Sequence record: NC_135728.1
Length of the DNA stretch: 64,000 nt
Reading direction: 5' to 3' (one strand)
DNA from: a phage
Shown here: positions 36,691-45,539 of the stretch, piece by piece
Position numbering within the stretch: position 1 is the stretch's first letter
Layout of the letters: each line of letters opens with the position of its first letter
The notes under the pieces: model-generated
Database searches by the model: none
What the model was told of the DNA's origin: nothing
The model's input: only the letters and a program-made list of their open reading frames with translations
Translations under genes and position numbers: made by a program

Positions 36691-37019
36691 TGAAGATTGA
36701 CCCGTTACTGAAGGCTCGTGCAGAAAAAGCGTACACCATTAAGTTGACCAACTTGGTTCCTACTTGTCATCCGGATGTAGGTTGGCCAGAAGGTTTGGTG
36801 GAGGGAACTGTAACAGCTGCATACCTTCCTAACATCAAATACCTCATGGAAATCTTGGAGCTGGATGAGGAAACGGCAGAAGAGTTCCAGTTGGACATGA
36901 AACAAAGTGGGACTCTGGTTATTCACGGGTGGTACAATACTAAAGATGCAGAAGATCCTCTGGTAACTTCTAATCTGGCATATGAAATCTTAGGACCTTT
37001 GAACCTGGAGGAAGACTAA
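36690..37019 (+). CDS. small acidic protein
   Basis: TAATG overlap with the upstream gene. Confidence 0.5.
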   Translation: MKIDPLLKARAEKAYTIKLTNLVPTCHPDVGWPEGLVEGTVTAAYLPNIKYLMEILELDEETAEEFQLDMKQSGTLVIHGWYNTKDAEDPLVTSNLAYEILGPLNLEED

Positions 37020-37306
37020 TGAAAGATCTGGTTAAGATTAAGATTAAAGATACCAATGGAGAACTCAGCCATTTTGGAATTAATGATGGTGACGAGCTGA
37101 TCGCACACCTGCCTACCAAGGAGGTTGTAAGCAAAGCAGTTGCCGGAGAAGAAGCTGCAATGCAGGCTGCAGGTGTGGATGAAAACTATGTAGCTATGTG
37201 CATGTGCCGAGATCAGGTTGTTCTGTATAAAGCGTATCGACCAAACGGAGCCACGGAGTGGCTTGTATTCCGACCCGAAGGATATGAAATCTTAGAGGCA
37301 CTGTGA
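37019..37306 (+). CDS. small acidic protein
   Basis: TAATG overlap; MKDLVKIKIKD... Confidence 0.5.
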   Translation: MKDLVKIKIKDTNGELSHFGINDGDELIAHLPTKEVVSKAVAGEEAAMQAAGVDENYVAMCMCRDQVVLYKAYRPNGATEWLVFRPEGYEILEAL

Positions 37307-37395
37307 TAAATCTTGCCAAGGTTGCAACGGCACTGTTAATTATTTGCTGGTCAGTAACCTTAACACTGTGTCTTGTATTTCAGTGAGGTGCTTGT

Positions 37396-37659
37396 ATGAA
37401 CATCCTGATGTGGGTTATAGCAGTGGCGTTTGTTGCATGTTTTTGCTGCTGGGTTGCGGTGAGGATTTCTGTAGCTACCCTTCGGAAGTTGGGGTTCTCA
37501 GAATGGGATATTAATATCCTTTCTTTTCGCAATGAAACAATCTCAGCCGCCCTGCTTTGTAAGAAATTCAAGTGGGAACCTTGTGAGGTCATGAACTATC
37601 TAAGAACAGGTGATATTCCTGAAAGATTTAAAAAAGTTCTTGACGGCAAGGATAAATGA
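37396..37659 (+). CDS. small membrane protein (N-terminal TM helix)
   Basis: MNILMWVIAVAFVACFCCWVAV; GAGGTG RBS. Confidence 0.5.
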   Translation: MNILMWVIAVAFVACFCCWVAVRISVATLRKLGFSEWDINILSFRNETISAALLCKKFKWEPCEVMNYLRTGDIPERFKKVLDGKDK

Positions 37660-37687
37660 CAGTATAGTGACTAACAAGAGGTGAGGA

Positions 37688-37828
37688 GTGACTGATTTTA
37701 CTGAAGCTTTAATGATGGCCTTGTCTGTTTTAGCGCTATCGGTGTGTTTTGGGGCGTTATTCACATCTCTGGTTAAAGTTTTACATACAGTATTATTACC
37801 CAAGGAGCGCAGTAATGACGAAGATTGA
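37688..37828 (+). CDS. small membrane protein, 46 aa
   Basis: GTG after AAGAGGTGAGGA; TM-like ALSVLALSVCFGALFTSLV; overlaps next gene start. Confidence 0.4.
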   Translation: MTDFTEALMMALSVLALSVCFGALFTSLVKVLHTVLLPKERSNDED

Positions 37829-38066
37829 CTTGAATGCTGGCGACCATGTTGTTGTCAAATGCATCGGAGATTATCTTGGATTCACAATCGGCAATACTTA
37901 TGAGGCGGTAGTGGCGAAGGTTTATCATGATAAAGTCCTCAGTCTTGTATTTGACTGCGATGATGATGGGGATGACCGATACGTCTGTGAGGTGCTGGCA
38001 CGAGACGATAGTGAAGACCAGAAATTCCTGGTTATTGAACTGAACGGTATTTTTGTAGAACGTTAA
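37815..38066 (+). CDS. hypothetical acidic protein
   Basis: ATG after AAGGAG (track start is further upstream). Confidence 0.5.
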   Translation: MTKIDLNAGDHVVVKCIGDYLGFTIGNTYEAVVAKVYHDKVLSLVFDCDDDGDDRYVCEVLARDDSEDQKFLVIELNGIFVER

Positions 38067-38094
38067 TTTAAAACAACATAAGGAGACTCTTACT

Positions 38095-38400
38095 ATGGCT
38101 AAATCTAAAGTTGAACTGTTCACCTCTCTTCCTTCTGACACTGCAGAACGTGATCGCCTTCGCAAAACAATCGAAGAACTGGTGGAACTCCAGCTTCAGA
38201 TTAAAGATCTGAAAGATGCCATCAAGGATATCATTCTTGTTGAGAAGCAGGATCATCTGTATTCTCCTAAATTCATCAAATCTTTGGTGGCTACAGAGTT
38301 TGATATCCGCTACGAAGCTGAAAAACGTCGCGCTAAGATTGAAGAAGAGGTTGAGCACATGTCTGAGGCAGACATTCTGTTCAAACGCTCTGTAGAATAA
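38095..38400 (+). CDS. hypothetical protein (coiled-coil-like)
   Basis: AAGGAGA RBS. Confidence 0.5.
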   Translation: MAKSKVELFTSLPSDTAERDRLRKTIEELVELQLQIKDLKDAIKDIILVEKQDHLYSPKFIKSLVATEFDIRYEAEKRRAKIEEEVEHMSEADILFKRSVE

Positions 38401-38406
38401 TATGGC

Positions 38407-38436
38407 AGAGGGGCTACGGCCCCTCTTTCACTATTT
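38407..38436 (+). terminator. rho-independent terminator
   Basis: AGAGGGGC-TACG-GCCCCTCT followed by TTCACTATTT. Confidence 0.65.
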
Positions 38437-38452
38437 GCAAAAGGAACCAGCT

Positions 38453-38779
38453 ATGAGAATGCCAATCACTGTGAAAGAGCTAAATGAACGTGATGCAGGT
38501 GGTCTATGGCCTGCACGAAAAATCCGCTGCGTCTATATGAAAGAGAATCTTGAACATCTTGATCAACAGATCAAGGTCGGTGATATTTTCGAGGTCTTCT
38601 ACTCCAATCGTCGCAACTGGGAAACCATTCAGCCTTCTGGTTTTGTTCTTGCCAAACTTGACACTGGAGAAGTGATTATCCCTGGGTTGGATATTGTCTT
38701 CGAAATTATCCAGGAGTGGGATCCAGATAAGATTAGATACGAAGAATTATTCGGTAAAGGTATTATCAAACCTGTGTGA
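38453..38779 (+). CDS. hypothetical protein
   Basis: Start placed after the terminator hairpin (MRMPITV...). Confidence 0.45.
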   Translation: MRMPITVKELNERDAGGLWPARKIRCVYMKENLEHLDQQIKVGDIFEVFYSNRRNWETIQPSGFVLAKLDTGEVIIPGLDIVFEIIQEWDPDKIRYEELFGKGIIKPV

Positions 38780-38787
38780 GGTGGATT

Positions 38788-39087
38788 ATGTCTACAAAGG
38801 CGGCTAAATACTCCTATATGCCATCAACCTCTGCAGAGGTAGACTTTAGTTTCGATGTATTTCCACTGTTTGAGGTGGTTCTGGCATACCCTACAATACT
38901 ATCTACTCCTGAATCACTTGTGCCTGTTAAGTTGCAGAACGCTATGCATTCCATGCACTACAACAATAAATGTAGGCACAGATGGTGTCAGGACGAGGAA
39001 AAAGATTTGGATAGTTTGAGGGATTTTGACAGTCACCTTTTGACACCTTTCAGCTACTCCAACCTTGATAAGCCCTCATGGGTATAG
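38788..39087 (+). CDS. hypothetical protein
   Basis: ATG after GAGGTGGA. Confidence 0.45.
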   Translation: MSTKAAKYSYMPSTSAEVDFSFDVFPLFEVVLAYPTILSTPESLVPVKLQNAMHSMHYNNKCRHRWCQDEEKDLDSLRDFDSHLLTPFSYSNLDKPSWV

Positions 39088-39111
39088 CAAAATATCAAAT
39101 TTAAGACACCT

Positions 39112-39141
39112 AGGACGCTCTGTGGCGTCCTTTTCTTTATC
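39112..39141 (+). terminator. rho-independent terminator
   Basis: AGGACGC-TCTGTG-GCGTCCT followed by TTTTCTTTATC. Confidence 0.6.
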
Positions 39142-39300
39142 TGGTGCACGATTGCATACCTTGGGTAGTTAATCTCATTACAGAGCGTTTAAGAGCTTCC
39201 TACAAACAACTCCATATTTCGAGCGTAGCGAGAACGCACGTCCGTTTTGACCCAAATCACCATACGCTCGGATTTTAACCAAACCCTCGCGGCGTTTCTG

Positions 39301-39329
39301 TTGACACATTGCCGCTCCAGTGATAGTAT
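39301..39329 (+). promoter_or_regulatory. sigma70-like promoter TTGACA-17-TAGTAT
   Basis: Consensus -35, good -10. Confidence 0.5.
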
Positions 39330-39354
39330 CCACACATAGTCTGGAGAATATGGA

Positions 39355-39660
39355 GTGCACAATGAAAACATTGTCCGAAGTTTTGGTGGTGATCCTGATG
39401 ATCATTACGTCCATAGCGGCTGTTGCCGGAATACTCACGGGTGGAACATGATAAACACACATGCATCTGAAGAGACATCCAAAGGAGTGACTATATGTCC
39501 CTTGACTGAGCCAGTGCAAGAGGAAAACTTCGATTCTGAAGATTCTCCATCTTTGCTCCAGGTAGATCCTGAGGCTGATGACCTAACGTGGGAAGACATC
39601 GTAGATATCTGGTTCTCTATTATGCCTGAGCACGAAGAGTTCAGGGGTGGTAGACTATGA
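39355..39660 (+). CDS. hypothetical acidic protein (start uncertain: GTG 39355 or ATG 39448)
   Basis: GGAGAA RBS before GTG; alternative ATG 39448 overlaps the stop of the micro-ORF below. Confidence 0.4.
   Translation: MHNENIVRSFGGDPDDHYVHSGCCRNTHGWNMINTHASEETSKGVTICPLTEPVQEENFDSEDSPSLLQVDPEADDLTWEDIVDIWFSIMPEHEEFRGGRL
39362..39451 (+). CDS. alternative hydrophobic micro-ORF, 29 aa
   Basis: GGAGTG RBS; MKTLSEVLVVILMIITSIAAVAGILTGGT; mutually exclusive with the GTG-39355 reading. Confidence 0.3.
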   Translation: MKTLSEVLVVILMIITSIAAVAGILTGGT

Positions 39661-39781
39661 AGCACCGAGCCCACACAGGTTCCTCATGCTAAAGCATGGC
39701 CTGAAGAGGCAAACGTGTATAATTCCAGCGTATTGGGACGTATAAAACCCAGTTCACACTCTCATTTCCAGAGGAGATTTC

Positions 39782-39997
39782 ATGAAGATAGAAATATTTG
39801 GTGGGGCTGACAACACTCGTGGCCTGATTTACCTTGAATTCGATGAATCATACCTGCCAGAGGTGTTAAATATGGACTCTGTTGCTGAGGCTTTGGGAGT
39901 AAGTCCTAAAGATCTCCACTCTGGTGCTGAGATTGATGGTTGGGAGGAGACCATGAACATCGATTTCAGTGAAGTAGGGGATGAACCACTGGACTGA
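39782..39997 (+). CDS. small acidic protein
   Basis: GAGGAG RBS; last rightward gene before the non-coding hub. Confidence 0.5.
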   Translation: MKIEIFGGADNTRGLIYLEFDESYLPEVLNMDSVAEALGVSPKDLHSGAEIDGWEETMNIDFSEVGDEPLD

Positions 39998-40346
39998 CAC
40001 ACAATTAGTTGCCCGGCTAAAGTGCTGGGAGCACCCATAACACATCTTTCAACTAAATTTCCTACCACCACAATCACTTACCTCCCACACATGACTGTTT
40101 GCTTGTTTAGTGAGCAGTCATGCCTTGACATTCTTGCCTATCCTGATAAAATTAAGTTCTTCTCTTTTCTTTTACCGAGTAATTCGGGTTTTCTGTTCTC
40201 TTCGGTTTGAAGGGGTATGGAGATACACCTGAGTGAACAGGGTGAACAACCGAACCATTGGCTATGGCATTAGCATGGCGAAGCGGACGGGTGACGAAAG
40301 AGGGGCCGGAGGACACCAGTCACTGCCATATGATATATGGGTGATA

Positions 40347-40865
40347 ACCTGAAGAGTCTGAATAAGTGTTTAAGTACCAGTCAGAGGAAAAGGTGAATGG
40401 TAGCCGAAGGGGGAGGGGGGTTACCTGCTTCTGTAAACATGCATCTGAAATACTACTTTAGATAACCTGAACCTGCCTTTCTGACAAATATTCCCTATTA
40501 AACTTGAATTATTTATAGAAAATACCACAACACCACTTAAGTCTTTGATTTTACACACAAATCTTACAGATATTAAACCTCTCTATTTAACATACCTGTA
40601 ACATATACTATACTCCACCTGTCTGATCAATTTCCCCAACTACATCCCCATATTTTCCCTGTCTGTACTACCCCTGCCCCGCCGGGAGTCCCGTCATATC
40701 TGGCTTTCCAGCAAATATCACACCCACAAATATCATCACCTGAAGAGGGTTTCATCCCATAATACATGCCTTACCTGAAGAGCGCTTCATATACCCCGTA
40801 AATTTTTTAATTGACCCCCTCCCCGCCGCCGGAGGGGTTGGCTTTTCCCACACAAACCTGAAGAG
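40347..40865. repeat. dispersed direct repeats of ACCTGAAGAG (4 copies)
   Basis: Copies at about 40347, 40738, 40773, 40856; ACCTGAAC variant at about 40463. Confidence 0.5.
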
Positions 40866-41425
40866 TCAGCCAGAAATATCTGAACAGCCAGTTATACCAC
40901 GATTTTGTGCTTGTCCTACAGGAGTGCTTCCCTGTCAGGAGCCGGTAGCGACTGGAGTGCTGCCAGGCGGACGAAATGGGAATACTTCTCATTCTTATAA
41001 CAATTCTCAAATATCGAGGCAGTGAGGCAAATTAATAGGTGAGGCCGTTCACACAGTGGCACAACATTTGCAACCTATCTTGTGGGATTGAATGAGAATA
41101 CCTATCATTGTGAGAACTGTTATCATTACGGGCAATTTAACATAATACCCATTATGCGCACCACTGGCGATACATACAGGGATTTATAACATGAGTTACT
41201 GTTTACGTATATAACAATTATATTTCTTACTATTTGTGTGGGATATAGTTAGCAGCCGATAGATTAGATATTGACCTGCAGACTTCCAACCGTCTAGACG
41301 TCTAAACGCCCACACAACAAGGTTTATACATACATTACTGAATGTAAACAGGGCCGCAAAAATGCTACCATACAAGATTGTAAATTTTTCATGCAGCACT
41401 TGACAAAGAGGAGAAAAACTTGTCT

Positions 41426-41505
41426 GACACTTTAGACACAATAGTGACATAATATGACACCTTTGACACACTGGACACATTAAACATAATTGACATGCCT
41501 GACTG
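41426..41505. repeat. iteron-like array of GACA(C/T) repeats phased every 9-11 bp
   Basis: Eight copies: GACAC, GACACA, GACAT, GACAC, GACACA, GACACA, GACAT, GACT. Confidence 0.6.
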
Positions 41506-41540
41506 TTTACATAGCTAACTATTTACTAAAAAATGATAAG

Positions 41541-41852
41541 CCATGCCATTCGTTTGCATGATAAAGATTAGCAAGTTAATAATCTTTCGCTGGCTATGCC
41601 AGGTGACCTTTGGTCACCCCTTCGGGTGTTTCTATGACATAATATAAAAGCAGGGCAACTATTAGCAGATCATAGTTGCCTTGCTTGTTAACACCCTTGA
41701 GACGAAGGCTTTGCCTGAGTTTATGTCATGATTAACTAAATACAAGGCAACTATGATCTGATTAATAGTTTGCAGACAAACTATCACGGGGGTGATGGTT
41801 ACTGCTTTTATATTATGTCGCGACTCCGTCGCGCCATGCCATTCGTTTGCAT
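41541..41852. repeat. nested repeat complex: 19-bp direct repeat, 18-bp inverted repeat and internal palindromes
   Basis: CCATGCCATTCGTTTGCAT at 41541 and 41834; GACATAATATAAAAGCAG (41636) inverted at 41802; GGTGACC-TTT-GGTCACC; GGCAACTAT-N9-ATAGTTGCC. Confidence 0.6.
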
Positions 41853-42477
41853 AGTTGCCTTATTGTTACGAATAAAACAATTGCATTGTTAATGATTTCT
41901 TATCTTTCTCTTAGTCATCTAATGATTCCAGTCAGTCTAGTAATGTACAGTAAACATTAGACGACTAAAGATTTCCCTGTTTATGATAACTCACCGTGAT
42001 AATTTCAGGCTGTTTACTAAAAATGTTGACACCTAAGCTGATTTATGTTATGCAGTTTACACGAATAATTATTTTATGCAGGTATTGACTATTCCGTTAT
42101 TCTATGGTTGGAATAAATACTTAGCAGACTATAGAATGGTGAGCGTACGTAAATTCTGAGATCTGGCGGCTATAGTTATACTCGATTTTTCACGTAGAAC
42201 ACGCTTTTGTGAGTGTGTAAGTGTATGACTTATAAAGATTTTTAGTTGTTGACAAGATATTGAAGATGTGCATCAGGTTAAATTTTGTGCAATAGCGGCA
42301 TTACGTGCAATTCTGAGAGAGAAAACGGGTAAAAATGGCCCTGCTACCACAAGATGAAAGATTATGCAATAGTTATTTTTATATGTATATTTGTACAGTA
42401 GGGTTAATTGCTGGCTTGTTGATTATTCCACTTGCCAGGTGGGGCCGTTTGTGGTAGGAGAAATACAGACAAAAAGA

Positions 42478-42508
42478 AAGGGGCCTTTTAAAGCCCCTGA
42501 TAGTTTAG
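42478..42508 (-). terminator. rho-independent terminator of the leftward block
   Basis: On minus strand GGGGC-loop-GCCCC followed by TTTCTTTTT, just past gene 42517-42936. Confidence 0.6.
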
Positions 42509-42516
42509 TTAAGAAA

Positions 42517-42936
42517 TTATAATGATTCGTATATTTCAAAAATCCGATTTGCCAGGTCGTTACGGTAGCGGAATTTTTCCTCACGTTTGATCATCAGATC
42601 TTTAAAGCCATATTCTTTAAGCACTTCATTAACTTTATGGCGGCATACCTTCATATTATCTTGTGCGTCACCAATAAACTTGTTGCTATGGTGCATGGCT
42701 TTAATTTCTTCTTCCAGGACCAGGGCAACTATGCGGACCGGATCAAGCTGATAGGCGGTAACATCAATGCGGCATTGTAAACGGCTTTTTACGTCTGCCA
42801 CCGGATATACTGCAACCTCTTCCCCGTCAACATTGACAATAATTAGTTTACCATCGATTTCGAATCCTTTCGCCGCCGGACCGTGACAAAAAGCGTTATC
42901 AAAGCTATATGCCGGATTATTAGATTTAATGTTCAT
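42517..42936 (-). CDS. hypothetical protein
   Basis: Track ORF; AGAGGT RBS. Confidence 0.5.
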   Translation of the reverse strand: MNIKSNNPAYSFDNAFCHGPAAKGFEIDGKLIIVNVDGEEVAVYPVADVKSRLQCRIDVTAYQLDPVRIVALVLEEEIKAMHHSNKFIGDAQDNMKVCRHKVNEVLKEYGFKDLMIKREEKFRYRNDLANRIFEIYESL

Positions 42937-43081
42937 GGTGTTTTTACCTCTTAGTTAATTTTCTTACAACTTCCCTTCAAAAAAGAATATAGCAAAACTG
43001 CCGATCCTTGTCAACCAAGGATAGCATAATTTTTATGTGATCAAGGGGCTTTATTGCCCCCTGATCGTGCAACTTGTTGTA

Positions 43082-43345
43082 TTATTTGTTACTCATCCAG
43101 TTTTCCCAGGCTGCCTGATAATCTGCCTCACTGCGGCGGATCTCTTCTTGCTCTTCAAGTCGGATCTCTTCTTCCAGGTACCCCAAGATATCGGCTTTCT
43201 TGGTCTGGCGTAACATCCAATCATCTTTTTTACGGGTAAAGATCTTATATGCTTTCTCGCAAACCTCTTTTTTGCTACCTTTTTGGACTTCAAGAACTTT
43301 GTAGGCCATGTACTGAACTAGTTTAAGCTGATCAAGACGTTTCAT
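43082..43345 (-). CDS. hypothetical protein
   Basis: Leader CCACACAAAGAGGTAAAC before ATG. Confidence 0.5.
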   Translation of the reverse strand: MKRLDQLKLVQYMAYKVLEVQKGSKKEVCEKAYKIFTRKKDDWMLRQTKKADILGYLEEEIRLEEQEEIRRSEADYQAAWENWMSNK

Positions 43346-43405
43346 GATGTTTACCTCTTTGTGTGGTTCTGATTAGTGGGCCTCCCGGCCCGTGTCATTA
43401 TCTTA

Positions 43406-43678
43406 TTACTTACGGCGGCAGAATTCAAGCGTTTTTAATTGATAATCTTCCTCAGCCTGGAGTACAACCGCCTCGATCATTTCGTTGGCATTGTTGAAGC
43501 CATACCCTTTAGCGAACTCGTCCGCACCACCTTCGTGATCATGTTCTGCGTTCATCGCTTCCACAAAATGGAATTCCAAATTGTTGAGGTAGGGGCTTGA
43601 TGTGCCGTCTTCTTTTTCGATGAGATCCCAAATAGCATTAAAACGTGATTCGACTTCTTGATTAATCCAGCTTGACAT
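43406..43678 (-). CDS. hypothetical acidic protein
   Basis: AGAGGAAAACAC before ATG. Confidence 0.5.
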   Translation of the reverse strand: MSSWINQEVESRFNAIWDLIEKEDGTSSPYLNNLEFHFVEAMNAEHDHEGGADEFAKGYGFNNANEMIEAVVLQAEEDYQLKTLEFCRRK

Positions 43679-43896
43679 AGTGTTTTCCTCTCTTCTGGTT
43701 GTTGTGTGGGCACCTTTGCCCCTTCAAGATAAATGTTACCCCACCCCCTGGCAGATGTCAACGGTTTTTATAGTTCTTATATGACAGGCAGGCCTGGTGA
43801 TTGTCTCCCCCTGTTCCCAAGTGCCGCCCGTTTAATAAGAATAGCAAAAGGGGCCGAACAAGTCAACCCCAAAATCAGTACCAAAACACTTTTTAT

Positions 43897-44208
43897 TTAT
43901 ACGGTCCGGTCATTGGCCTTTGTCCAGGACCTGGCGATCCGTTTCCCAGTCACCTGGAACGGAGACTGCATTGTGTGTAGTGAATCCAGCGTAAGGGAGG
44001 ACCGTTTACGGCGTATCTTCAGGATCGCCAATGTATTGTCCATCTCACGGCCAGGTCCTGGGCGGTATGGTGTGCCTCCAGCGTTAAGGTTGATGATCTC
44101 ATGTATTGAGATCCGGCGTTGTTTTGCTTCCGCATCTTTGAAGATAGCCAGTGGAGGCGCTATGCGTTGCCGATACCAATCTAAAACGGTTGGCGTAATA
44201 GCGATCAT
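43897..44208 (-). CDS. hypothetical protein
   Basis: AGGGGGTAAAAT before ATG. Confidence 0.5.
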   Translation of the reverse strand: MIAITPTVLDWYRQRIAPPLAIFKDAEAKQRRISIHEIINLNAGGTPYRPGPGREMDNTLAILKIRRKRSSLTLDSLHTMQSPFQVTGKRIARSWTKANDRTV

Positions 44209-44396
44209 ATTTTACCCCCTATGTAGTCCGGTCGGTTTTTCTCTGTCATGCGTTTAAGCAATTCTTGCATATGGCCTATAGCTTGTAGCGTGTCTTCTTC
44301 CAGGCTTGAATCTACATAATCAGGATCGTCTATCACCTTTTTATGATTATGATAACGCAGTACCGCCAATACCTTTCTAACTTGTTCAGTATTCAT
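44205..44396 (-). CDS. hypothetical protein
   Basis: ATGA-coupled to downstream gene. Confidence 0.45.
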   Translation of the reverse strand: MNTEQVRKVLAVLRYHNHKKVIDDPDYVDSSLEEDTLQAIGHMQELLKRMTEKNRPDYIGGKI

Positions 44397-44412
44397 TTTA
44401 CATCGCCCTTAC

Positions 44413-44703
44413 TTATTGTTGGCGGTTTACGTAAGCTTTACCGTTTACCGTCATCGGCAAATCTTCCAGGCCTGGATCTTCCTTAAGGTCGCGAGCAAGT
44501 TCACCGCACCGGATACCCTCGAATCCGTAGTACTCTGTTGTACCGTCATTAAAAGTTTTAGTGGCAAGGCATAAGCGATAAGTAACCCCGATTCGATTGA
44601 CGGCATGAATATCCGTTAGATTAACCTCTTTTGCCAGCTCATTAGCCATTGCAGGCGCACTAAGTCCAACAACCAGGGCAACCACTGCGATCATCTTTTT
44701 CAT
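44413..44703 (-). CDS. secreted / periplasmic small protein
   Basis: Signal-peptide-like MKKMIAVVALVVGLSAPAMA; AGAGGA RBS. Confidence 0.55.
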   Translation of the reverse strand: MKKMIAVVALVVGLSAPAMANELAKEVNLTDIHAVNRIGVTYRLCLATKTFNDGTTEYYGFEGIRCGELARDLKEDPGLEDLPMTVNGKAYVNRQQ

Positions 44704-44794
44704 TGTGTCTATCCTCTTTCTGCTACGTTTAAGGCGGCGGTAACCGCCTGTTTATGATTTGTTGGTTAATTTTCGGGTATCGGTATAAATTAAA

Positions 44795-45010
44795 CTATGC
44801 TGTACGCTCAACTATAACAACGGTTTGGGGGATCTCCCCTTCCACCACTAGTAAGGCCTTTTTCTGCGTGATAGATATCTTTACCCGTTGCAGCGTGGCG
44901 GTGAAGTCTTTCATTTCGTCACGCGGTGTTTTAGTGCAGTACCAGATCTCAGGCTTGCCGATCTGTAAGTTGCGTAAAAATTCTGTTTTGCCCGTTTTGT
45001 TAGTGATCAT
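44795..45010 (-). CDS. hypothetical protein
   Basis: GGTGAGG RBS. Confidence 0.45.
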   Translation of the reverse strand: MITNKTGKTEFLRNLQIGKPEIWYCTKTPRDEMKDFTATLQRVKISITQKKALLVVEGEIPQTVVIVERTA

Positions 45011-45019
45011 TTGCCAACC

Positions 45020-45124
45020 TCACCCGATACCGTTGGAAGACAAGATCATATTAGACATGGTTGCAATCAGGCCAATACCCAGGGCAATAATCAAGATCAC
45101 TGCATCGATTAATTTCTGTTTCAT
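45020..45124 (-). CDS. hydrophobic micro-protein, 34 aa
   Basis: MKQKLIDAVILIIALGIGLIATMSNMILSSNGIG; fits between flanking genes. Confidence 0.35.
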   Translation of the reverse strand: MKQKLIDAVILIIALGIGLIATMSNMILSSNGIG

Positions 45125-45201
45125 GGTGTTTATTCTCTTCTGTTAGTAACCTTATTCATGGGGCCGCTACCACAGCCCCAGGGTAAGGCGGCTATGTGCT
45201 T

Positions 45202-45447
45202 TTAGTGTTTCATTCCAACCATCGCGGCACGGATCGCCGTAGTGCTGTACTTGAAGCCGTCCGGGGTCTTATCTTGTCCGGTTAGCTCCAGAAAAAGCAT
45301 CATATCCCGCGCCGCATCATTACGATTAGCATTAGCGTTAATAAAGCCTTGGGCCAACCGGTACAATGACTCATCGTTATTAATCCAAAGGCTTACATTC
45401 CAATGAGTTTTGTTTTTGTAACCGTTATAACCTTTATTGCTTTTCAT
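45202..45447 (-). CDS. hypothetical protein
   Basis: AAGAAGAGGTAAAC leader. Confidence 0.5.
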   Translation of the reverse strand: MKSNKGYNGYKNKTHWNVSLWINNDESLYRLAQGFINANANRNDAARDMMLFLELTGQDKTPDGFKYSTTAIRAAMVGMKH

Positions 45448-45539
45448 GGTGTTTACCTCTTCTTTGTTCCGGGGTGGCGGATCATTCTACCACCTTATGT
45501 ATTATGCTTTGTTAGATGGTTGTTTGTTGTCAAACTATT

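Larger units (their letters stand above)
40210..42516. other. 2.3 kb ORF-free repeat-rich hub between convergent blocks (candidate origin, packaging or regulatory region)
   Basis: No credible ORF; multiple direct and inverted repeat families, palindromes and AT-rich tracts (detailed below). Confidence 0.6.

Noticed and set aside
40807-41480. Track ORFs 40807-41010 and 41196-41480 (minus strand) inside the non-coding hub
   Set aside because: No ribosome-binding site, low-complexity Cys-rich translations produced by the GACA/TGTC repeats, and overlap with repeat arrays; treated as spurious.
43047-43070. Terminator after gene 43082-43345
   Set aside because: GGGGC/GCCCC hairpin present but not followed by a U-rich tract on the coding strand; likely a structural or processing hairpin.
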